NCBI GenBank assembly: GCA_003154195.1
Contig: PMCS01000008.1
Coordinates: 143,366-207,365, forward strand
Direction: 5' to 3'
Length of the DNA: 64,000 nt
Origin: Candidatus Omnitrophota bacterium
GTDB taxonomy: Bacteria; Omnitrophota; Gorgyraeia; Duberdicusellales; 4484-171
Below, piece after piece: positions 56,411 through 64,000 of this stretch. Both the position numbers and the translations under genes were made by a program. Below the pieces are notes generated by a model. The model saw only the letters and a list, made by a program, of their open reading frames with translations. It was not told the DNA's origin and ran no database searches. Position 1 is the stretch's first letter; each line of letters starts with the position of its first letter.

Positions 56411-57066
56411 GGATTGCTCTCAATCGCGTTTTCCACGGGATTGGTTTGAGGTTCCGGTTCCGGCAAATCGGTATCGCGGGATTCCTCCGGCGCAAAGCCT
56501 ACGGCGATAAGATATCCGATCGCCCGTTCGGCCAATTTATAACGATGGACAATACTCCAGAAGGCTTTGCTGTGGTTAGTCTCGATTAAATGCGCTAATT
56601 CATGGATAATCACATAATCCCTGACCCAGACGGGCATCGCGCTAAGGCGGTGGGAGATAAGAATTTTTTTAGTCTGGTAGTAGCAGCAGCCGAATTTTTT
56701 GTCCTGATAGGCGCTATATTCGATCCCCGCGATGTGCAATTTGCCGTCAAAATATTCCTTATTAAATCTCCGGGCGATTTCCATCAGGTCTTGCGTCTTT
56801 CTCAACTCGGCTCTCAGCTTTCGTTTCTGGAACCGCGCGGCGAAATTATTGATGACCTTGCGCAATTCGGTTTCGGAAATGTTACGGGGAGCATGGACCA
56901 GCATAGTATCGCCGGCAACCCGCGCGTTTATTGTCCGTCGGCGCTTCTTACTGCGGATGATTTGTACTTTATAAGGAAGGCATCCGGCCCGGTTAAGGCT
57001 TTCCTCTAAACCGCCGGGCGCTTCTTTCTTATTCGTAATCCGTTCAAAAAATTTTTCGAATACCAT
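56407..57066 (-). CDS. YgjP/DUF45-like zinc metallohydrolase (M48/WLM-like)
   Basis: 219 aa; HEXXH motif VIIHELAHLIETNHS in a YgjP-like context. Confidence 0.7.
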   Translation of the reverse strand: MVFEKFFERITNKKEAPGGLEESLNRAGCLPYKVQIIRSKKRRRTINARVAGDTMLVHAPRNISETELRKVINNFAARFQKRKLRAELRKTQDLMEIARRFNKEYFDGKLHIAGIEYSAYQDKKFGCCYYQTKKILISHRLSAMPVWVRDYVIIHELAHLIETNHSKAFWSIVHRYKLAERAIGYLIAVGFAPEESRDTDLPEPEPQTNPVENAIESNP

Positions 57067-57089
57067 ATTTTATTTTTTTATTTCCCACT

Positions 57090-57176
57090 GATTCGCATTT
57101 TCTGCCAGAGGCCATCGGCTTCGCCGAGAGGCGAGCGAGACCTCGCCAAAAGTTTTAACTTTTGGCGGGCAAGGCC
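57090..57176. repeat. family A hairpin repeat, copy 3
   Basis: ttttctgccagaggccatcggcttcgccgagaggcgagcgagacctcgccaaaagttttaacttttggcgggcaaggcc. Confidence 0.65.
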
Positions 57177-57196
57177 TAATAATATGTTTTTTGTTT

Positions 57197-57643
57197 TCAC
57201 AACATTTTTTCTATAGAAGCCTTTTTGGCCGCATACGCTTTACCCAAACCGATTTTAATGGCCAGGTCACACAAGGTAAGTGCCGGTTGGAATTCTCCGG
57301 CGTCGACCATGATCGAAATGCCCCGTTCGATAAAACGAAGTTCGCCCAGGTATTCAATAAATCGACGGCTATTTTCCACCTGCGCCTCCCCCAGATATTC
57401 ACCGGCACGAATTACCGCTTCGCGGCATACGACAAGATCGCCGCATCGATACGCGTCTTCGGCCAAAAGATCATACACAAAAAACTTCACGGCATTAGGG
57501 ATCGAATTAAACATTCCAAGATAATTCAGCAGATACCTCTTCCCCTTTTCGCTACCGTCAAACATGGCTTCGCTATGCCCGGCAAAAACACTATCCAATA
57601 TCTCATCCGGTTTTTTAACAACCGGCCGGTGCCGATCAGACAT
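57197..57643 (-). CDS. hypothetical 148-aa protein
   Basis: GGAG SD 9 nt upstream; MSDRHRPVVKKPDEILDSVFAGH... The fully antisense track ORF 57191..57649 has poor composition and no SD. A family D element lies 16 nt upstream. Confidence 0.4.
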   Translation of the reverse strand: MSDRHRPVVKKPDEILDSVFAGHSEAMFDGSEKGKRYLLNYLGMFNSIPNAVKFFVYDLLAEDAYRCGDLVVCREAVIRAGEYLGEAQVENSRRFIEYLGELRFIERGISIMVDAGEFQPALTLCDLAIKIGLGKAYAAKKASIEKML

Positions 57644-57658
57644 GTATAAACTCCATTA

Positions 57659-57696
57659 AAAAATATTTTCACCACGAAGGCACGAAAAACACGAAG
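57659..57696. repeat. family D element, copy 3 (CACGAAG variant)
   Basis: aaaaaatattttcaccacgaaggcacgaaaaacacgaag; colinear with copy 2. Confidence 0.55.
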
Positions 57697-57748
57697 CTTA
57701 AAGGGCGCTGACCCTTTTACTCCCGCGCTCCAACGTGGGGTGATTTAC

Positions 57749-57892
57749 TTAAAAATAATAACCAAAGTTCCGGCCGCAATCATGCTGACGCCCAGCCATT
57801 GGTAGACGCCTAAGCGTTCGCCCAAAAATAGCAGCGCCAAGATGATTGCGAACACTATGCTTAACTTATCAATCGACAACTTGAGGCATAAA
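57749..57892 (-). pseudogene. C-terminal remnant of an EamA/DMT-type transporter gene (no start codon)
   Basis: Reading frame open without a start: ...LCLKLSIDKLSIVFAIILALLFLGERLGVYQWLGVSMIAAGTLVIIFK* (stop rc of tta at 57749-57751). This is a typical EamA C-terminal helix pair. The frame is offset from the upstream small-protein gene. Confidence 0.3.
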
Positions 57893-58210
57893 TCATAATA
57901 ATTCTCTTCCGCGCAAGGAATTCCTAAAGAATCTGATTTGTTTTTTTACCTTGGATAATAATTTTCTATATTTAGCTCTGCATTTCTTTGCATCTTTATA
58001 TTTTTTTATTTCATTTTCAGAAACCTTACCTTTGTATATAAATTTCACCTTGCCGTTTTTTCTAAACAAAAGGTAATAATATTCATGTCCTTTTATGTTT
58101 TTTTTAACGAGGCTGCCCCGGGGTAATTTTTCTAATTCTCTTACATAGCCCCCCGCCATGCGGAGAGAAGTTTCCAGCCCCTTTTTTAAAACCCCTTTTA
58201 TCATGCCCAT
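57893..58210 (-). CDS. small basic (K/R-rich) protein, possible DNA-binding regulator
   Basis: Track ORF 57893..58303; start trimmed to MGMIKGVLKKGLE... (AGGAGA SD 7 nt upstream). Contains KGHEYYYLLFRKNGKVKFIYKGKVSE and a Lys-rich C-terminus. Confidence 0.5.
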   Translation of the reverse strand: MGMIKGVLKKGLETSLRMAGGYVRELEKLPRGSLVKKNIKGHEYYYLLFRKNGKVKFIYKGKVSENEIKKYKDAKKCRAKYRKLLSKVKKQIRFFRNSLRGRELL

Positions 58211-58237
58211 GTCATATTCTCCTGTAGTATATAGTAT

Positions 58238-58337
58238 GTTACCATACAAGCTAATGAACAATATACATTGTATGGTAACTTTTGTCAAACAAAAGGTTGC
58301 CATGCAGGTTATATAATATTGTTATTTGTATGGTAAC
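58238..58337 (-). promoter_or_regulatory. promoter TTGACA-18-TATATT (minus strand) interleaved with three copies of TGTATGGTAAC operator-like repeat
   Basis: Copies at 58238-58248 (inverted), 58269-58279 and 58327-58337. The -35 is rc of 58284-58289 and the -10 is rc of 58260-58265, so copies sit upstream of -35, in the spacer and at the transcription start site. Confidence 0.5.
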
Positions 58338-58538
58338 TTGTAGGGTGACAATAACGAGGCAACTTGAATATTTCACCACGGTAGGCATAAGGAAAAGACA
58401 GTGATGGGTGGCGAGGGAATGCTGGTAACTATTTATTTTATCCCTCAACCTTGGCCCCTCATCACTGCGCTTAAAAGGTGTCCCCGGAACTCCTTTGTTT
58501 TCTCTTGGCCCATGCCCCTTGACCCATTTTCACAAAGC

Positions 58539-59561
58539 TTATCCAACCACATATAAATCAAACAACCCCTTTACGGCATCGTGATACATTAGGATGGTTT
58601 TGACTTTTAATATTTTCTTCAGTACATCCCTGCTGTTTTCAAAACTTAGCGCCCAGTATGACCAGAGTTCTTTCATTTTATGCAATAAATGCGCAGGGCC
58701 GTATAACTTCTGCTGATATTTTTCTAAGAGCGTATCGTGAAATGCTTTAAAACGTTCACGCGCTTCCCGGCAATTTCCGCAATTAAGATTTTTTATTCTT
58801 TCAGGAAGAAACGGATCGATCACTCCGCCCCGGCCCAACATCCATCGATTTATTCGGGAAAAACGGCTCGAGAAATCTTGAAAATTTTTCAATGTGTAAA
58901 TATCGCCGCTATAAACAATTTCATGCCGAGTTAAGGCAATTGCCTTTTCAAATCCATCTAAGTCGACTTGGCCGCCGTAAAGCTGAATGGCCGTACGCGG
59001 GTGAATAATAATATTCTCCAAGGGGAAATCATTGAGCAAAGGCAAAAGCGCATAAAGCGGGGCATTATCTTTTATGCCGAGCCTGACTTTCAGGGAAAGA
59101 ATATTAGGGATCGATGGAATAACACACTCTAAAAACTTTAAAATTAAATCCGGATACGGCAAAAGGCCTGAGCCGCGTTTTTTGTTTCTTACCATAGGAA
59201 AAGGACAACCTAAATTCCAATTAACTTTTTTATACCCAAGCTCAAACAGCGATTTCGAGAACTGAATAAAATCCTGGTCGTTATTGCCAAGTATCTGTGG
59301 TATCAATTCAACGTTGGCAGTAGTGGAGCCCCCTTGAGCTAAAGCCTGAGGCTCCCCCCCGGAAGCAGAAATATTTCTGCTGAAGGGATTTAATTCAGGA
59401 CGTACCTCATTAAACACCTTGTTGTTTAAATTTGTGGCATTACATTCACCAATAAGCGGGCTAACCGCAATGTCATAACCTTTAAAATAACGAAAATACA
59501 CATCGCGGTAGATATAATTAGTTACCCCCTGCATTGGCGCCATGTATAAAATTGTATCCAT
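58539..59561 (-). CDS. divergent tRNA-dihydrouridine synthase (Dus) family paralog
   Basis: 340 aa; MAPMQGVTN, NWNLGCP, LKVRLG, IHPRTA, GRGGVIDPF align to Dus motifs, with an about 45-aa insertion (NATNLNNKV...STTANVE) in place of the usual loop. Confidence 0.6.
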   Translation of the reverse strand: MDTILYMAPMQGVTNYIYRDVYFRYFKGYDIAVSPLIGECNATNLNNKVFNEVRPELNPFSRNISASGGEPQALAQGGSTTANVELIPQILGNNDQDFIQFSKSLFELGYKKVNWNLGCPFPMVRNKKRGSGLLPYPDLILKFLECVIPSIPNILSLKVRLGIKDNAPLYALLPLLNDFPLENIIIHPRTAIQLYGGQVDLDGFEKAIALTRHEIVYSGDIYTLKNFQDFSSRFSRINRWMLGRGGVIDPFLPERIKNLNCGNCREARERFKAFHDTLLEKYQQKLYGPAHLLHKMKELWSYWALSFENSRDVLKKILKVKTILMYHDAVKGLFDLYVVG

Positions 59562-59691
59562 ATAATTAAAGGACGTTATCTCCCTTTTCCTAAGAGCTAA
59601 GCACTAAGGGACACGAAGTTCATAAAGAATATAAAAAAAAGCTAAGAGAAATTTCAAGACGCAGATTTATAAAATGAATAAGGATAAAGCA

Positions 59692-59735
59692 AAATATTTT
59701 CACCACAGAGGGCACAGAGAACACAGAGAAAATCA
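59692..59735. repeat. family D CACAGAG-array element, copy 2
   Basis: aaaatattttcaccacagagggcacagagaacacagagaaaatc. Confidence 0.6.
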
Positions 59736-59753
59736 AAGGGCGTCGTGCCATTT

Positions 59754-60014
59754 TCACTTAATAATCCGGGAAATACTCTGCTTAAGCTGTTGAACCACTG
59801 TGTCGCCGGACAATTTATAAACCGCGCCGGAGATAATCAAACCTGTTATGAGAAACGCGTATGCCCTCCTGCGTCCCGATGTCGCGCGTTGCCAGGATCC
59901 CTCGTCCTCGAGCGCGAGAAAGCGCATACGGCTGCTTACATCCTTTAGCATAACTGTTCCCGCTAAAGTGAGCAACAACCCGATGATAAAAACTATTTCA
60001 TTTAGACTTAGCAT
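59754..60014 (-). CDS. small two-TM membrane protein
   Basis: 86 aa; IVFIIGLLLTLAGTVML and AYAFLITGLIISGAVY hydrophobic helices. Confidence 0.4.
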   Translation of the reverse strand: MLSLNEIVFIIGLLLTLAGTVMLKDVSSRMRFLALEDEGSWQRATSGRRRAYAFLITGLIISGAVYKLSGDTVVQQLKQSISRIIK

Positions 60015-60056
60015 GAAGAATAACCCTAATTTTCTAACGAGCCTTGCCCGTCTTTA

Positions 60057-61325
60057 TCATTTTTCAGTATACATGGCTTCGTAAGCTTTTGCAACCGCAT
60101 CAATGTCACGGCGGTTCATCCGGCCGGTCACAAAATCAACTCCCGGCGAAAGATATGGCGACCGGTGTTTTTTTAAAAGACGTATCCCGTAATTAGCAGG
60201 AGCGTCGGAAATATCAGTGCCAAAAAAAAGGTTAAGTTGTTGGCCGGCAGAATTTCCCACAATTTTTATTTTCAAGCGTTTCAAAAAATCCAGCGTTTTT
60301 AAACACGACTCCTTGCTTTGTCCGGGTAAACCATAAAGCGTAAAAACCTCAGGGGTTATTCCTGCTTCATGGGTAAGTTTTATAATTTTCTCAAATTGAT
60401 CGAGGTCAATCGGCTTACGTAAAATTTTATTAACCTTTGCGTCCGCCGACTCAAGCCCATAGGCGATAAATTTAACCCCGGCGCGTGCCATAAGCGTTAA
60501 CAACGGTTTATCGATAAGGTCGGCGCGCGTTTCGCACCAGATATTGACTTTCCAGCGCCTTTTAATAATGCCGCGCATTATCGATGCGACTCGTTTTTTA
60601 TCAAAAGTAAACGAGGGGTCCGCAAAGAAAAATCTTTTAATCCGCGCCTTTACGCAAATAGACATATCCGCAAGTACCCGCGAAGGGGAATGTACTCTGA
60701 TACGTTTACCGAAAGCGCGGGGCGTACAACAAAAAGCGCAGTGGTAACAGCATCCGCGAGAAGTCAGCATTACTGCTATTGGGTGCTGGCGCAAATCAAA
60801 TGCATTATTGACGTATGGTGAAGGAAGTAAATCAAGATCTCTTACGAACGGCGCAGGCGGAGTTTCAATTATCGTATTGTCTCGCATAAAAACAATGCCT
60901 CTTATATGGGCGGGGTTAGAATTGGCAGCTATGGAACGTACTAATTCCGGCCAGGTATTTTCCCCTTCCCCACGCATAATAACATCAACCTCGCGCATCT
61001 GGCGCAAGACTTCTTTAGGCATAAACCCTGCCTGGGGCCCGCCAAAAACTACCACGATCTGCGGGGCAACATTTTTCACAATCCGCGCTAATTGTAACGC
61101 GAGTTTTATATTAGCCTGGTACACGGAAAATCCCACGGCGAGCGGTTTGTAGGTTTTTACAAAATTAGCAACTTCAGGGCCGGTGCGTTTAGTAATCCGG
61201 TCAATCTCGGCAATTACCGTTTCAATGTTATGGACCTTAAGGCTGGCGGCAATATACCCGAGGGATATAGGAAAAAAATCTCCGCCCGAAGGCGGAAGGG
61301 TGTAGAGCAATACTCTGGCATTCAT
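60057..61325 (-). CDS. B12-binding-domain radical SAM enzyme (class B), substrate unknown
   Basis: 422 aa; N-terminal cobalamin-binding Rossmann-like region (VVVFGGPQAGFMPKE), then CCYHCAFC (CxxxCxxC) radical SAM cluster motif. Confidence 0.8.
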   Translation of the reverse strand: MNARVLLYTLPPSGGDFFPISLGYIAASLKVHNIETVIAEIDRITKRTGPEVANFVKTYKPLAVGFSVYQANIKLALQLARIVKNVAPQIVVVFGGPQAGFMPKEVLRQMREVDVIMRGEGENTWPELVRSIAANSNPAHIRGIVFMRDNTIIETPPAPFVRDLDLLPSPYVNNAFDLRQHPIAVMLTSRGCCYHCAFCCTPRAFGKRIRVHSPSRVLADMSICVKARIKRFFFADPSFTFDKKRVASIMRGIIKRRWKVNIWCETRADLIDKPLLTLMARAGVKFIAYGLESADAKVNKILRKPIDLDQFEKIIKLTHEAGITPEVFTLYGLPGQSKESCLKTLDFLKRLKIKIVGNSAGQQLNLFFGTDISDAPANYGIRLLKKHRSPYLSPGVDFVTGRMNRRDIDAVAKAYEAMYTEK

Positions 61326-61383
61326 AAAATTTCACACAGTATAAAGATAAAATATTGCAGGGGCGGACCTATGTGTCCGCCCG

Positions 61384-62421
61384 TTAACAACTACAAAACA
61401 AAGACATTGTCCACAGATTACAGCGCGGAGCCTGGCAAAGCCGGGCGTAGCCTCCCGCAAGGGACAGATTTTCACAAATAAACAAATTAATTATGGTAGC
61501 TACCCCGTAGCTCTTACTGAGGCGGCGTAAAATTTTAATGACCTGGCGCCGCCGGCCGCTGGCGCTCCAATCTTCAGGAAGTTTGATGCCTCGGGCAAGC
61601 TCTTCTAAATCGACATAAAAATGGTCGGAGTTTTTCTGTATCGAACGGGCATAAAGAAGCAGGTAAACCTGAAAATCGCGATTGGCCCGGTTAAAAAGCA
61701 TCCGGGCAAAAAGACGGCTGTCCTCCACCCATATCTTAGGAACCGAAACAATATCCGGCAACGGCTCCAGCACTTCTGCCGGCGGATCATGATGTTCGGT
61801 TATTTTTTTAATCGTGGCTTCGTCGGCAAGTTTAAAATTTATTAAACGTTCAAGTTTGTCTTTAGCCAGGCCGGGAGAATCGACAACTACCACCGATCCA
61901 TAATTGGTACGAAAAGCGCTAACGCTCCAGTTCATACTGCCATCAATGACATAGCGGCCATCGACGATGATAAGTTTATCGTGGAGCTTGATCGAGGGAA
62001 CGGTCAGATAAACCTTCGCCCCGGCATCAATAAGTTCTTTGCAATAATCAAGAATATAGCGCTCTTCATTGCTGTCGAATTGGGTATTAAAATACAACTC
62101 GATTGCTACCCCGCGTTTCCTGGCACTAAGCAGGCTGTCGGAAAGCTTCTTCACCGGCGCGGTATTCGGTTTAAAAATATACATCGACATCACAATCGAT
62201 TGCCTGGCGGAATCAATCAATTCCTGAAGCGCCGGCTCATACTTCCGGTCGGAAATATCGGCAACCTGGGCGGGTTGGAAATCGAGGGCAAAAGATGAAG
62301 CGGATAGCGTTAAAATAAACGCAGCGAAAAATAAACTGCGGGCAAGGCATTTAAGAATTGGTACAGATAATCTCAAAAGCCGCATTGAATTATTGTATAA
62401 CAACATGGATTTTCTTGCCAA
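61384..62421 (-). CDS. secreted phospholipase D-family protein with a single HKD motif (Nuc-like)
   Basis: Signal-peptide-like N-terminus; [24 protein letters not shown] motif. The track start is a TTG at 62421; alternative ATG starts lie at 62406 and 62385. Confidence 0.65.
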   Translation of the reverse strand: MARKSMLLYNNSMRLLRLSVPILKCLARSLFFAAFILTLSASSFALDFQPAQVADISDRKYEPALQELIDSARQSIVMSMYIFKPNTAPVKKLSDSLLSARKRGVAIELYFNTQFDSNEERYILDYCKELIDAGAKVYLTVPSIKLHDKLIIVDGRYVIDGSMNWSVSAFRTNYGSVVVVDSPGLAKDKLERLINFKLADEATIKKITEHHDPPAEVLEPLPDIVSVPKIWVEDSRLFARMLFNRANRDFQVYLLLYARSIQKNSDHFYVDLEELARGIKLPEDWSASGRRRQVIKILRRLSKSYGVATIINLFICENLSLAGGYARLCQAPRCNLWTMSLFCSC

Positions 62422-62665
62422 GAATCATGGCAATCTTCTGTAAGGTAGAAAGCCTGATATCCTGCGCATGGTTTTCTATCCTTGATATTGCCGATTTTTT
62501 CGTATGAAGTTTGTGAGCCAATTGCTCCTGGGTCATTCCGGCTTTTTCCCGCGTCATTCGAAACATTACCCCGATCTTAAAATCGCCGTAACCTTCTTCG
62601 AATTTTTTGCTGAATTTAGCGTCGCGGCCTTTACGCTTCTCGATATATTTTTTTAAATCACTCAT
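62390..62665 (-). CDS. higA: HigA-like XRE-family HTH antitoxin
   Basis: Trimmed from track ORF 62390..62821 to [13 protein letters not shown]... (GGAGG SD overlapping the toxin stop); [23 protein letters not shown]. Confidence 0.7.
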   Translation of the reverse strand: MSDLKKYIEKRKGRDAKFSKKFEEGYGDFKIGVMFRMTREKAGMTQEQLAHKLHTKKSAISRIENHAQDIRLSTLQKIAMILGKKIHVVIQ

Positions 62666-62669
62666 AGAT

Positions 62670-63014
62670 TTACCTCCGTTTTGAATAATCACATTTATGT
62701 TTTTCCGACAATTCAATCTCCCGTAAAGGTGTTTTTTGTGTTTTCTTCCTAAATCCATGGGAAATAATAAAATTCCCGGAACCATCAAAAAAACCCAATA
62801 AACGAAACGCACTAGAACCAAGCTGAGCCCTAATTTCCCAAACGTTGCCGGCGCTTTCTAATTTTTTAAAATATTGCTCCGGTATGCGGTCAAGTTCTTC
62901 GACCAAACGCATAACCCAAGCAACCTTTTGCGCCTGCTTGCCGTCCAATGAATCTAAGAAATCTTCAACCGGGCAATCTCCCAGTTCGGTTCGATAAAAT
63001 ATTATTTCTCTCAC
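62670..63014 (-). CDS. higB: HigB-like RelE/ParE-superfamily toxin (Gp49/DUF891-like)
   Basis: 114 aa; (M)[22 protein letters not shown]...WEIR...[30 protein letters not shown] start in my reading. Confidence 0.7.
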   Translation of the reverse strand: MREIIFYRTELGDCPVEDFLDSLDGKQAQKVAWVMRLVEELDRIPEQYFKKLESAGNVWEIRAQLGSSAFRLLGFFDGSGNFIISHGFRKKTQKTPLREIELSEKHKCDYSKRR

Positions 63015-63038
63015 ATATAGATGTTAACATATATGTGA
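63011..63038. promoter_or_regulatory. near-palindromic operator at the higB start (TCACATATA-N-GTTAAC-N-TATATGTGA)
   Basis: tcacatatagatgttaacatatatgtga. Confidence 0.45.
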
Positions 63039-63232
63039 ACATAAATCAAGGTATTTTTTAGATTTTTTTAGGTTGGTAATATTTTTATTCGGTTGGCTAG
63101 AAAAAATCGGCTGGAAAACTTGCCCGCTCTCCCCTTTTATTTCGGTTGGACTTCGATGTAATAAAGCATGGGCATCAGGCTACAAGCGATAGACTAAATA
63201 TTAGTATACAGATTTGTATACCAATATCTTAA

Positions 63233-63391
63233 TTATTTCGGCTTCACTCCTATCTTGCCTAATCCCTCCGGCAGGGGTTGAGTCTTTTCGTTGTTGACCG
63301 TATATTGCCATTCGTCATAATCAAACGAAACCGCATAGCAATGCGCTGATTATTTTCCGTCAAGTTTAACCACAAATCCGCCATCGGGCAT
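63233..63391 (-). pseudogene. small ORF with strong SD but in-frame TAA after codon 13
   Basis: AGAGGAG SD; MPDGGFVVKLDGK*SAHCYAVSFDYDEWQYTVNNEKTQPLPEGLGKIGVKPK*. Confidence 0.25.
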
Positions 63392-63454
63392 AGACAATCT
63401 CCTCTTGGATTAAATCAAACGTGTCTGTCCCCTTTTCCCCTCGTCCTTCGGGCA

Positions 63455-64000
63455 TCATTGTCCGCAACATTTTTTGAACTTCTTCCCACTCCCGCAGGGG
63501 CATGGGTCATTGCGGCCGATTTTTTTATCGACTTTACGCGGCGCGGCTTTTTCTGCAGGTTTATCCGGGGACTGGGCTCCCGTTCCCTGCGGCGGATGCT
63601 CCAGGGAGGAGTATTCGGAATGGACGAAATTCTGGCCGGCTTCCTCAAACACGCTAACGCGTTTTTCAGGAGCCTGCACTTTAGTTTTAAAAATCATATC
63701 GACGATACCTTCCTTAATTGAAGCGACCATATCGTCAAAAGCATTATAAGATTCTTTCTGGTATTCCACCAGCGGGTCGGTCTGGGCGTAGCTGCGCAGA
63801 TGTATACCTTCGCGCAGCGAATCCATAATCAGCAGATTCTCTTTCCAGCGCGCGTCGACAACCCACAGGGCGATAGCCTTTTCCATCTGGCGCATCATCG
63901 CCGGATCGGATTTCTTTTCTTTTTCTTCGTAAAACTTTTTCACTTCATCTTTTAAAAAAGATTTAGTTTCTTCCAGGCCCAATTCGCTCAAAGTTTGAGC
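63455..64000 (-). CDS. secA: preprotein translocase SecA, C-terminal part (5' end beyond window)
   Basis: C-terminal zinc-finger [21 protein letters not shown] and the helical scaffold [49 protein letters not shown] are SecA hallmarks. The ORF continues open to the window edge. Confidence 0.85.
   Translation of the reverse strand, partial: AQTLSELGLEETKSFLKDEVKKFYEEKEKKSDPAMMRQMEKAIALWVVDARWKENLLIMDSLREGIHLRSYAQTDPLVEYQKESYNAFDDMVASIKEGIVDMIFKTKVQAPEKRVSVFEEAGQNFVHSEYSSLEHPPQGTGAQSPDKPAEKAAPRKVDKKIGRNDPCPCGSGKKFKKCCGQ

Noticed and set aside
57191-57649. Plus-strand ORF exactly antisense to 57197..57643
   Set aside because: Only one can be real. The minus-strand version has an SD, better amino-acid composition and matches the local gene orientation.
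63233-63391. Alternative genetic code (stop-codon reassignment) suggested by the in-frame TAA
   Set aside because: All other genes in the window end normally on TAA/TAG/TGA, and long ORFs are otherwise intact under the standard code.
63415-63749. Track ORFs 63415..63648, 63458..63721 and 63474..63749
   Set aside because: They lie inside or antisense to the secA C-terminal coding region, which has unmistakable SecA motifs.

Overview
This window is a chromosomal segment of a diderm (Gram-negative-type) bacterium carrying lpxB, lpxL-family, lnt and msbA-like genes. I cannot assign the lineage from sequence alone. About 60 protein genes are called, almost all on the minus strand, which argues against a replication origin in the window. 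The housekeeping content includes alr, plsY, pgsA, lepB and lepA. There is an aromatic amino-acid block (cmk, tyrA, DAHP synthase, hisC-like, pheA) and a nitrogen-PTS block (ptsI, ptsH, yvcK, ptsN). Further core genes are frr, pyrH, tsf, rpsB, dusB, a NUDIX hydrolase, mnmG, gpmA, class II nrdJ, a LacI regulator, a ROK kinase and the secA 3' end. Three tRNAs lie on the minus strand: Gly-GCC, Leu-TAG and Lys-TTT. Several things stand out. (1) A 2095-aa giant secreted or membrane-anchored protein (32019..38306) has a central HEAT/PBS-lyase-like repeat array flanked by about 900 aa and about 700 aa of unrecognisable sequence. (2) The intergenic DNA is crowded with at least four repeat families sharing a CACAGA/CTGTGG core: family B with paired CAGATGATC iterons, family C with CAGATT arrays and TTGTCCACA termini, family A GAGACTTCGCCAAAAGTT hairpins, and family D CTCTGTG heptad arrays placed upstream of genes. 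There are also several unique long foldback palindromes built from short tandem repeats. (3) A plus-strand four-gene islet (43429..45464) encodes exported and membrane hypotheticals and looks GC-richer. (4) An accessory block (57197..63014) holds a small basic protein with a triple TGTATGGTAAC operator, an EamA-like gene remnant, a divergent Dus paralog, a B12-binding radical SAM enzyme, a secreted PLD-family protein and a HigB/HigA-like toxin-antitoxin pair. (5) A strong promoter/terminator pair upstream of the oxidoreductase-lpxB operon forms either a ~75-nt sRNA or a leader attenuator. All functional calls come from reading motifs by eye; no database search was possible.
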